Positions 1-10,477 of a stretch of 30,721 nt of DNA are shown here, piece by piece. A model generated the notes under the pieces. That model had not been told where the DNA came from. It saw only the letters and a program-made list of their open reading frames with translations, and searched no databases. The DNA lies in contig NW_003314273.1 in NCBI RefSeq assembly GCF_000143415.4, positions 378,100-408,820 of the forward strand, read 5' to 3'. Both the position numbers and the translations under genes were made by a program. The stretch is from Selaginella moellendorffii. Its lineage: Eukaryota > Plantae > Lycopodiophyta. The first letter of the stretch is position 1. The number at the start of each line of letters is the position of its first letter.

Positions 1-387
1 AAGCCACCCGCTGGAGCAAACAAGAAGAAGGCAGCAGCAACCAAACAGGAGGACAAAGCTGCTGTGGCGAATGCTCCGGCTGCCGAGAAGACTGTGAAGG
101 AAGCCGCAAAGAGGAAGACGAAGACGGTGGCACCATCGCCGCCAGAGAAGAACGAGGCTGCCGGGGCGGCGGAGAACGTTGGAGCAGCGGTGAAGAAGAC
201 GAGATCAAAGAAGAACGCGGGGGCGAGCGATGCAATCCAAGGAGCACAGAAGAATGACCGCGCCACGGATGGAGCAGCGACGAAGAACACCAGATCAAAG
301 AAGAACGCAGGACTGAGCGATGCAATTCAAGGAGAAAAGAAGAATGGCAGCGCTCCGGATGGAAGTGGAGCGATCCCCAAGGTTTAG
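1..387 (+). CDS. 3' end of a gene encoding a Lys/Ala-rich low-complexity protein (5' part outside window)
   Basis: Frame +1 is open from base 1 (KPPAGANKKKAAATKQEDKAAVANAPAAEK...) to TAG at 385-387. Basic, low-complexity, with an internal 30-aa duplication; an AT-rich 3' region follows. Confidence 0.6.
   Translation, partial: KPPAGANKKKAAATKQEDKAAVANAPAAEKTVKEAAKRKTKTVAPSPPEKNEAAGAAENVGAAVKKTRSKKNAGASDAIQGAQKNDRATDGAATKNTRSKKNAGLSDAIQGEKKNGSAPDGSGAIPKV
181..360 (+). repeat. Two-copy 90-bp in-frame tandem repeat (GAAxKxTRSKKNAGxSDAIQGxxKNxxAxD)
   Basis: 181-270 and 271-360 align without gaps (ggagcagcg..gaagaa.ac.agatcaaagaagaacgc.g...gagcgatgcaat.caaggag...). Confidence 0.9.
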
Positions 388-518
388 GAACCACCAGTGA
401 CGCTGATCTGATAGTGATGTAGAAAAATGCGAGCGATTATTTTGATGATCTCAAAACCTTTGTTTTTGTCACCTTTCTTCCTTCTTTGCCAAATATAATA
501 TTTTGACCCACTCGATTC

Positions 519-3448
519 TTACGGTCTCACCTTTTTAACTTCATCGGGTCTTAACCTCTTGTGGAGCACCGAGAGGGAGCAGTGGAAGAGCTTTTCCAGC
601 TCCTCCAGCGTCTCCTCCACCGATTCCAAAAGATCGACTTCTCCGCGTTCCAGAGCGATGCCAAACTCGCTCTCCGAGCTCAGCTGGAAAATCCTTGCTT
701 TGCAGTGAGCGACCTCCGAAGATTTGGAGATGGAAGGTGACAGTTCTAGCACCACCTGTGGGAAGAGAAAAGCTTTGATCAAGAGAAACAAATCTAGACG
801 GGGTTGCTTACGCTCAGAGCCTTTGTAACAATGCGAGCTCCAGCATCGCAATCAGAAGCATCGTCACGTTTGGATGGTTCGAGTGGCCACAACGCTGCAG
901 CAAATGCAACACCACTCCCTGCAGATCATACACGCTCAACAAGAGAAAGAAGCCGGGATATGATACTAACCTGCTATAAGTCCTTTCGCTATAGAAGAAT
1001 TTATGGCTGTTGCTGCTTTTTGCATACGTCCCACCCTCTCATGGAAGTGATCGCGAGTAGCACCGCTAACCTGCGAACTAACAATCAGCACTGCTCGAGA
1101 AAACTCATCTTACCCGCAACTCCAAAACACTGCTCAGGGGCTGATTCTCCGAGACATTACCCGACCGGTAAACAATCACCTCATTCCTGCACATTACAAG
1201 CTGCAAGAAGGCTCAAGCATGTAGAAACTTATAAAAACTGCGAGCTTGATATATTACCTTGTTAGCTCTCCCGCGACAGCTGATAAAATCCGCTTTTTGA
1301 TTATCCACAAGCTTCCAGCAACAACAAATGCAAGTGAGGAAAGGAAAATGAGCAAACGAGACGTCGTTTTACCTCAACACCCAAATAAGTCCGTAAAGCA
1401 TTCAAGCTCTCGTTGCGCACTTTCAGAATCGTAATGTTAGACTGCAACAATCACGATGCTCAGCTCAAGATTTATTCGCAAAAGCCACACTTACCTTTAC
1501 ATTCTTGAGCATGTGCCCCTTATCCACATTCTTTGCAAAAACTACAAGCCGTGCGTACGCCTGAAAAAACATAGCATAAAGTTAAATTCCCTGCTCAAAA
1601 CGGAACAATAGAGCCTTACACCCTGAAAAAGTTTGTGCCAAAAACGGTCTAAGGTAGACGTGTCATTGCACAGCAGAACAGTGTAGTTTTGTGTGACCAC
1701 CATCTCTTGATTAAAACTCTTGAGTACTCGCTCAACAGAGATAACCAACGCGTCGAAGCATTCTACAGCATCGTCCTCCGCTATATCATTCTATGCAAAA
1801 GAATCCATACAGGATAACTGATAGAAAGGAGGACAAGAAAAAAACAAATTCTTACATCAACTATGATGTGACGAATTGAGGTTCCAATCTTGACTCTGGC
1901 CTGATCATCCAGAAGCTCTAGAAATTCCTCTCCCCCGTACAAACGGCCAAGCTGATGATCAAGTAAATCAAACCTGGAGAGAGTAAGCGAACTGTATAAG
2001 CTGTATTACCGTCAGGAAATGAGATGCAGTGGATGGTACTCTCGCCATTTCCCTCAAACATCCTCGCACTGTCTCGATCGAATCTATGAATCCGTGCCTG
2101 AAGCCGTCTGCTGGAACCCGTGTCATAGCCTCCATGTCAGCGACTGCAGCAGCTATAACATTCTCAGAGTAGAAACCTGCACAATCCACTGAATGTGTAT
2201 AGCAAAACTACCAACATAAGGCACAAGCTTACATGCTAAACTCCGTGCCTGTGAATTTGTGAATGCACTATGCCCAGAACAAAGTTAGCAAGAGACACAG
2301 CCGCAAAATAATGCTGACCTCTCGAACTGAAGACATCTATTGATTTCCTCGTCGTGCTGGCGTTTGAATACCATTCGTAACTTCTGTGCCGTCCATCCAT
2401 CTTTGCACACTCTGTCGCCGCAGGCGAGCCGGAGCAGTCCCTCGCAGAGAACCAATGATCCGTCCAGAAGCTTTCCGTCCAAGCCGCTACCATTCCAGAG
2501 AAAAACTTCACGCGCATTCCAGATGTTCGACACCACGTACTTGCCGGCTTTCACTCCGCTAATGTTTCCCTTGTCCGTCAGTAAGTTGTTCACGTTCTCT
2601 AAGCGATCCTGCAGATTCTCCTGAGTCCAAGGCAGAGTTTTCGCGAAATAGCCAACGCGATCTGGATCCTTCTTCCTGATCCGCTCGGCCCGAAGCTTCT
2701 GTTGCTTAGCGAAGGACGCGAAACCGTCGATGCTGCTGGACGGGTTGACAGAGATGACTCCGTAAGGGTCGAGGACGGACAGCCGCCACCTTGTTGCATC
2801 GATGGCAATAAGGTAGACGGGCCTCGGGGAGAAACCATTTTGCAGATTCTCCAGGCAAAGCTGGTTGCCGTAGGAAGCCAGCTCCATGCGCGTCTTCACG
2901 TTCCAATCCTTGACACTGTCCGTCTTACAGTCGATGACCGCGTCGTAACGAACATTCTCGGGTGGTATGGTGTCAAACACCTCGTTGGCGAGTGCCTCCT
3001 TGTCCGGGTTGTCCCAGAAGATCTCATCGTGCTCGCCCTTGAATTCTTCCAGCGCCTTCTTCGAGATTGTCCGCAGCACGAAGTCAGCTTGGCCTGAGTA
3101 TCCTGGCTCGAGTCGAAAATGAAAAGCGCCATCTTGTGCCAGATACAAGATCTTGCTTTTAACATGCGCCAGGCTTGGAAAGATTTGCTGAAACATAGCT
3201 CGGTAGTTGGATTCTTGGAAGGATGGGAATGCGGAATGGAGGCAGCGGAGAGGGCCGAAAACCGCGAAAGCCTTGACACAGCGGGGATCCATGACGGAGG
3301 AGAACTTGTCCATGGGGTTGCCGCTCTGCCAGGACCTCTGCGTCATGAACGGGAAGACGTTCAAACTCAAAGGTTTTGGTATGCTGCCACCTCTTCCCCA
3401 TCGACCTCTCTCACGCCCACCTTCACCGCTCTCGCTATCACTATCCAT
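519..3448 (-). CDS. 12-exon gene, ~776 aa: N-terminal PD-(D/E)XK nuclease-like domain fused to a highly divergent group I chaperonin (mitochondrial HSP60/Cpn60-like) domain
   Basis: Manual exons: 3448-2319, 2267-2233, 2188-2010, 1951-1856, 1790-1620, 1560-1495, 1441-1373, 1311-1258, 1200-1114, 1070-971, 918-812, 755-519. All introns are GT-AG, 43-65 nt, with consistent phases; total 2331 nt, no internal stop. Cpn60-like segments in correct order: KLLDGSLVLCEGL, RVCKDGWTAQK, FRHGFIDSIETVRGCLREMARVPST, LVVFAKNVD, GRANKLVMCRNEVIV, VLELRVSGATRDHFHERVGRMQKAATAINSSIAKGLIAGSGVAF, DAGARIVTKAL, GEVDLLESV. N-terminal motifs: GQADFVL, VIDCK, ELASY, VYLIAIDATRW. Confidence 0.75.
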
Positions 3449-3828
3449 TCCTAATATACCCTAATGAAACAATTGAATGATAAAGGTTGAGGTTTATAAG
3501 CCCTTCCTAAAAAATTTCATTGTGCAAACTATTCCTTTGGATTGACGCTCTTCTTTTTCAGGCAAATGTAACTGAATCGATTGGTCATGGGAGGAAATCA
3601 AATGCCGTTCGCAAGTGAGTGAGAGAGGCCTGCTTTGCGGAAAAGAAATTTAGCGACTAAGTAATGGAAAACATATAGTAATAGATACCATGTATATATC
3701 TATATGAAAACAAGGTGGGGAAACAGGATCGCAACACTACCATGATAAGCTTGTCACGCCTTGTCTCTCTCAAAATTCTCGGTGAAGTTCTTAGCAGACT
3801 TGGCTTTTAAAAAGTTAGGACATATATC

Positions 3829-6800
3829 TCAGTTGATTTTGGGCTTTAATCTTCTCGGCCACAATGCATACCGCAGCATGACAGCCACCACCGCAAGCCC
3901 AAAACAGGCAAACAGCTCCCTTGGAACATGAAGGTGTCCATGTTGGGTACAATGTAAGGGGTGCAGCGCGGTGATTATCGCATCTGATTGCTGTGTTAAT
4001 CTGAGAATACCACCATTGTAACTTAGCCTATAGAAGATGGTTTCAATGAATTTCTACCTCTCAGACGCATGTCTCAGTGACGAGAGTGACCGAACAGCGT
4101 CGTCGAATTTTGCTTTCCCAACGTTGATAGAAATCTGGAATGATTTGGGCGCGGGCGTCAGCTGGCTAGTTCTATAACTGTAAAAGATTCAAGTAAATCA
4201 GACTCACTTGTCTCCATATGCCCACAACTGAATTGTATTCTTGCAGTAACTGACGCTCCATCGACTTAAATGGTCTGAACACTCGTTCGTCTGCAAAAGT
4301 AGAACCTCTTAAGCACCTGTGGAAGCAACTAAACAGAAGACTTGTCTTACGGGTTGGCTCTTTGGACAGTCGTTCAAACACCGCGTTCATCTCTTGCACC
4401 GATTCGTCCAGGGCGGAGACGATGTAACTTCTGGCTATTGCGTCCGTGTGGAGAGACGATATCGTGTAGCCGCTTGAGGTGCCAGAAAATGGATGGTTTC
4501 CAGCGGACCACGTCCAGTCCTAGCCCGAGCAAGATCAGTTTTAAGGTATCACGAAACCAGGGAGGTTCTCACCTCGTCGGCATTATCGTGTGCATGGCTA
4601 TAAGTCAGGTGTGTTGGCATCAAGCCGGACAAATGCTCCGCGACGGCAGCAACGGCGGCTTTGATAGGTGAGCTGCAGCGATGATATAAGACATATCTAT
4701 AGCTAGATGTAAGCGCGAACTTACCTTGCATCCCAATCGATTGATTTGCCATTGCATTGTAGGTGGCTTGGCCACGATGATTGAGCAGACTGCATAACAA
4801 TAACCATATCCGGAAGTGCCTTTGCCAAATAGTGCTTGTCAATAAACACAGACTCATCCGATCTGATGAACCAGAACACTGGCACTTCCAGCGTCGACTT
4901 CGGAACTGAAAACAGCAAACCGAGCGAATCGAGTGAAAAGAACGTAAGAACTGTGCTACCTGATCTCGGACTTCTGGCGGTTAACTGTTGGAGCTGGTGT
5001 TGGAGAATGATCGAGTCTAGATAGTTACGAGTTGATTGGCTGTGTGCGCCATTCATTTGCAAGACAGGTATAACCGCGGCACGGCGCGCAACTGAGAATG
5101 CCATTGCCAGGGCCGGATCCTCAGAAAGTCCTATCCTGAAACGTTCAGAGTTTCAGTAGAACGTCAAACAAGTAAAACACTTCTTACAAGTGAACATTGT
5201 ATTGGAATGTCTGGGACGGAAGTCTGAGTGTTGAAATCGCATCCTTTACTTGGGAAATGTCTAAAGGCAGCAAACCGATATGTCTAGTTCTCTGAAAAAG
5301 AAAAAAAAACAAGTAGCCCGAGCAATGAAATAGAGCCAAATGAGAACCCATACCTCTTCAGTGATTACGTATATTTGAATAGAAACTTTATCATAGTAAT
5401 GGAATGCTCCTTCTGCTGTAGAAGGGGTGATTACATGTTTCATACCCGCTGTTAGCGTTGCGCCGAGATGAGCAAGAAAAGAATCCCTGGCAACAGAGAA
5501 GTTTTGTACGTGCTGCAAAAGCGTGATGTAAGAAGAATTGTGGATTCAATATGCAATACCTCGTGGATGTCTCCAAATAGATTCCATTTTTCTACACGTT
5601 GCAACACTGCTAGGGCCTTTTTTTGATGCTCTTCGTCATGACCTTCAGATCGCAACGAATCTAACTCGTCTTTAAGATCGTCCATCCTCTCTTGCAATTC
5701 TAAACAACATATCATAGATTAGAAACTAGTAACCAAAGCTATAAATAAGTTTATTCACCTTGGCATAAAGCGATTTTTATCTTCCGGCCCCGGCAATGCT
5801 TTTCTGCGAACATGTCATAAACATCAACTTCCGCCAGAAGTACGTCTATAGCTCCGTGCCCCTGCAAAAAAATTAAACAAAATGAAAATTGGAAAACCAG
5901 CAGCTCTTGTGTCCTACATCGTCCATCGTTGTAAACCGACCATCCATAGCTTCTTGAAGTTCCTGAATATGATCATCATTTGAAATAACTAAACCCGCCG
6001 CCGTTAGAAGTTCTCTAAGAATCACATCTGATCATTACCTCCACCGTTGACCGCTAAACTACCGAAGAGCTTCTCTACGGACGGCAAGCTCCCAACCGTA
6101 CGCACGCCTACGCCACCAACTGTTGGTCCCCAATGGAATGGACCGGCCGTCAAGTCTATGAATGCCCATCTAAAACAAAAGGGAAACATATATCAGCACG
6201 TTAAGTCGACAGGTAGCACTCTTACCGCCCTTGACCAGTCCACGTATCAACGAGGCATTCTTCTACCGTCTTGAATGCGTCTGGGTTTTTCAATGTTCTC
6301 TTCAAAGAAAAGGCTAAGTCATGGCTTGATTCCGAGAGAACCTGCCGAGTTCTGTTAATAACAGTGTGGTAAGAAAACAGGGACGTTAGCAGCTTACCTG
6401 CTGAGTTTTCATAAACAACAACTCTTCTGAGGCTTTTGATTTCATTGACGCCTCGATTGACTTGAGTGCATCTGTATACTTCTGAGTCCATTGTTTCTGC
6501 CAATGGACGAGGACGTTAGCATTTAAATTAAGAATACAACGTTACCATGTCCATGTGTTGAGAGGATGTCCAAGAGAACTTCTGCCTTGGATGTTTTTCA
6601 TGTGAAGGTTTTCTTAACTTCTCGATGTCTGTCAGCACAGGTTTCAGGATTTCGTCTGAAGTACAAGACAGAAACTAACCTAGTGGATTCCGCTGCTTTG
6701 TTGTCTTCAACGACTTCAAGTTGGAATTCTGAAAACAAGAGCATCAGAAAAGCAAAAGACCAAGGAGGAACTTACTTTAGCAACAAGTTTTAATTCCGAA

Positions 6801-8055
6801 ATGGACAGCCCGCGCCTAAAACATATCTGATTATCGAATTTACCAACCAGCTAAAACTATTACCTGTAGCCGTAAGTCTTTCTGCTCTCGTCACGCTTAG
6901 GGTTCAGAACATAGATGTTATATGCATCTTCCAATTGCAAATAGTGCGTTAAGCTCTCGAATAAGTATGACATGCTATCCATGTCCACTTGCCAAGTAAC
7001 TTCAGAATCTGGCCTGCCAAAACGAACAATAATCCAATGCAAAACATGACAATGGAGAACCTTGAGTCACTGGTATCTTCCCTCCGGGAGAGAACTTTGA
7101 TGGCGTACTCAAAAAGCTTAGTTACTTCAGTTCCCATATCGATAGTATGCACGGAATAGCTGGATTAAAGAAGGGAGTTATGAACAAACAGCTCAAGCAA
7201 AAAAATGACCGACCTTAGTCTCTCATCTCACAATATACTTACTTGTAGTGCGTATAGCTAACAAGAGGGAGGTGCGGCCTCGGGGTACCATCAGCTCCGA
7301 CCTTATAAAAGGGTGTAAGATCGTCACCGAGTTGAGGTATCCGCGTGTGTTCCAAAACATGATCAATGTTTGTAAACCAGCGCTCCATCTCGTCCTCTCG
7401 CAGCTTCACATCTGTAAAACCACGCGAGTTTAAAACAACGTACTCAAAGCCTGCTGTCGATTACCATGGTTTCCATGGCCGTCAAAGCCGATGAAGACGA
7501 AGGTAATTGGAACAGGTAGATAGATCGCATCGATTTCAGTCATGTTTAGATACTTGGCAATTCTTCCTACAAGAACATGTATGCGCAAAACGTAAGAACA
7601 GAGACTTTTTCCACTTTTTTTTACCGGAGCCAGTGAAATTTGCAAGAGCTTTCTTGCTCAAATCGTGGGACTCGAATCGCTCGAAGTCGTCATAGCCTGG
7701 AGTTACGTCCATAAGAACCAATACACGAACAACAAACATGGACATTTCTTACTTCTCCACATGAGAGTGTCGGTCCAGAACTTTTTGGAGCGCGCCATGT
7801 CGAAAAGAGAGAGCACCGAGGTCTTGGATTTGAACCTAGAGGATGTGGAATACACAGCTTGACCCGAAACATCCTGGATCACAGCAAAGAAGATGGAGTG
7901 AATCAAGATTTAAGCAGCATTTTCCTCCAAATTCTATGTTCTTCGCTGGCCCTACTCTAGATTCGACATACCTCGGGAGCGCAGAGCAGAATGCCGAGGA
8001 GGAGGCCGATCAAAGCGCGCATCCACGCAGCGCCATAGCGGCGATCCAGCGCCAT
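3829..8055 (-). CDS. Conserved plant protein of unknown function with signal peptide and C-terminal TM helix (Arabidopsis At5g58100-like), many exons
   Basis: Exon translations match the recalled family: MALDRRYGAAWMRALIGLLLGILLC (signal peptide), SVLSLFDMARSKKFW, YLPVPITFVFIGFDGHGN, LEDAYNIYVLNPK..YGYR, ECLVDTWTGQGR, ELQERMDDLKDEL, FSVARDSFLAHLGATL, MAFSVARRAAV, TLEVPVFW, HLQCNGKSIDWD, PIKAAVAAVAEHLSGL; ends ...WPRRLKPKIN* at 3829. Confidence 0.9.
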
Positions 8056-8149
8056 CGCCGTCAGAGCCGAACCCGCATCGGATCGATCGAGAGAAGAATT
8101 AGGGTTTTAGAAAAGTAGAAAATATTTCTCTCTTTTGGTTTTAGTGGTG

Positions 8150-9246
8150 TTAGTGGTGTAGCTTGGAGAGAAGATACAAACAACACGATGACAAGAGGAT
8201 GGACGTGGAGAAGAAGAGAAGCTCCATGCTGGAAGTCACTGGAATTTTCTTCGACTTCTCAAACATCCCAACGAGCAGCACCATTACTATAACATGCCCG
8301 AGCTTTGTCTTGAGCTCGTCCAAGGATCGAATTTCCAGCCACTTTGGACGCTCCTGGAAAAGAGAAAAAACATTTATTAGGGAAAGAAGAACATAGTTCT
8401 ATGTTCTTCTTCTTTGATAGTAGAAGAACTTAGTGATCGATGCTTACTCGCAATCTAAAGAGACCAAATAAGTTGGATCCACAAACGGTGGTCCTCGAGC
8501 CTTCCATACAGTAGCCTCCAGGAACATCCAAGCTCGCAACGAAGAGTTCATACAATCCCATTCCAAAGATGAGCATCACTGTTCCAACCAGGTAGACATC
8601 TACGAGAAAAAAAGCAGAAAAAATTAACTTTTTTTCTTGGATGGTTGATCTAGAACTCTTACCGACAGCTTCTACGAGCAGCAGTATGACTTTTCCAGAT
8701 CCAACACCGGAATGGCAATTCTGGAAATACTCGATGAACGATTTGGCGATGTAAGTGGATCCCTGTGACAAAGATTTATTTTGTGACAGAGATTGCTATT
8801 TCGAAGAGATAACTCTACCTTAACAAAGCAAAGAAGAGCTCCAGCGAGTGATCCAAACACTGCAAACAGCGTGAAAAATCGACAATTGAAGATCATCTGA
8901 TAACACAAAGGTTGGAAGTTTCAAGTGATTCTCTAGATAGAAAAACTTCCACTCTTACTCTTTCCAAGTGTTCCTCCACATTCTTGCTGTTATCACTGAT
9001 GAGCTGCTGCTTTTGATCCGCTGTTGCCGACACCGATCCATTGCCACACGAGAAATTGTAAGAAGGATCGTGATGGAGCTGCTGCGCCGAGATTAAAAGC
9101 CTCTGCGCTCCATTCCTTCCAAAATCCCTTCTATTGTTGATTCTACAATCGACTACGATCACTGGCCTTCGACGAATCGTTCCACACTTTTGTGTTTTAA
9201 TCAATCGTTTCAAAGGAAGAACAAAAGACGCACTGGCAGACGCCAT
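8150..9246 (-). CDS. UPF0114 (YqhA-like) membrane protein with probable plastid transit peptide, 5 exons
   Basis: MASASASFVLPL... N-terminus; IFNCRFFTLFAVFGSLAGALLCF, LLVEAVDVYLVGTVMLIFGMGLYELFV, SNLFGLFRL, ERPKWLEIRSLDELKTKLGHVIVM; stop TAA at 8152-8150. Confidence 0.88.
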
Positions 9247-9414
9247 GAAATCAACTCCACACAAAGCTTTTCAATACTGCCACGTCGGATAGATTGTCCT
9301 GGCGGACAGCCCACCACGTGGAATCCCACACTGACGTGGACAGTTTTTGCCGTTGGTACGAGAGTGGGATATTCTCCTAATATTTGTAGGGGATCTTTAC
9401 TCCAGTTTTAACCT
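9247..9414. promoter_or_regulatory. Putative bidirectional promoter with three ACGT (G-box/C-box-like) elements
   Basis: 168 bp between divergent ATGs (9246 and 9415); GCCACGTC 9279-9286, CCACGTGG 9314-9321, TGACGTGG 9332-9339. Confidence 0.55.
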
Positions 9415-10411
9415 ATGGCGGCAGCGTTCTCTCTCTCTCCGACCGCCCTGCGCGTCGGCCTCCGGCGGTGGCGTCCCGGCGCCACGATTAAATCCGCTAG
9501 GAGCAGCAAGAATGTGTTGTTGCGGCCAAGGATCGCGCAATGGCGAGCTCTCGGCGGCAGTGCGGTGCCGGGATGGAATGCCAAGGAATCGCCCTACGAT
9601 GTTCTTGGTAAGATTAAGATTTTGGTGGATCAGATCTTTCTTTCTCACACCTGATGTTGCTATCGAGGCGTGGAAAGAGATTGCAATGAAGAAGGAATCA
9701 AGTCTGCCTATCGCCGCTTGGCGAAGCTCTATCATCCAGACGGTACGAGCTTGTTTAGATCTTTCTTGTCAGGACGCTTAGCTTTATCTCTCTCAGTGTA
9801 CAGTGGAGATACCCAGCTACTGGAAGATGAAACCGTGGAGGGAAGATTTATAAAAATCCAGGCCGCGTACGAGCTCCTCACAAATCAAGAAGCTCGTCGG
9901 AGCTACGACTATGACAACAGAAGTGATCCCATGAAGGTTCGTAGTTTTCTTCTTCTCGGTGTTCTTTTCTTCTTTGTAATCGCTGGAACTTGTAACAGGC
10001 TTCCAAGGCTTGGATGGAATGGTTTATCAAGAAGAAGCAAGCATATGAGCAGAGAGGAGATCTGGCTGTGACTTTGTGGGCACAACAGCAGCAAAGAGAG
10101 ATGAATCTCAAAGCCCGTCAGCTTGCACGACACAAGGTGAAAAGTTCTCGGACACTGCTTTGCTTGTTCATACGGATAGATGTTTTCTTTCTGAATCTCA
10201 GATGGATCCGGAGGAGGAAAAGCGGATAATCGCGAAAGAGAAGCAAGCCTCCACGATCAACTTCGAGACCACTCTCAAGCGGCATACTTTGGTGCTGAAG
10301 AAACGAGACATCGAGAGGCGACGAAGCGAAGAAGAGGCTGCCAAGAACAAGCTTGTGCAGCAACTTCTCGCGTCCGAGGGCCTCGAGCTAGACGATGGAA
10401 AAGAAGATTAG
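9415..10411 (+). CDS. Chloroplast type III J-domain (DnaJ) protein, At1g77930/DJC65-like, 5 exons
   Basis: Transit-peptide-like MAAAFSLSPTALRVGLRR; J domain SPYDVLG..IKSAYRRLAKLYHPD..RFIKIQAAYELL..RRSYD; conserved tail PMKASKAWMEWFIKKKQAYEQRGD...TTLKRHTLVLKKRD...LLASEGLELD. Confidence 0.9.
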
Positions 10412-10477
10412 TTTTACTCTCTACCAGGTACCTTCGCGCCATTTAAATCTTTGAACTTTGGAGCATCGCAGGATGCC

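Noticed and set aside
804-1434. Plus-strand ORFs of 153 and 62 aa
   Set aside because: Antisense to the exon/intron chain of the chaperonin-like gene; no recognisable motifs.
1818-1974. Alternative acceptors at 1974 and 1818 that would introduce stops
   Set aside because: They imply 36- and 38-nt introns, shorter than any other intron in this gene model; the downstream acceptors keep the frame and the homology.
2285-3448. 387-aa ORF as a standalone single-exon gene
   Set aside because: Its last ~70 aa are the start of the Cpn60-like domain, and a donor at 2318 links it in frame to 11 further exons.
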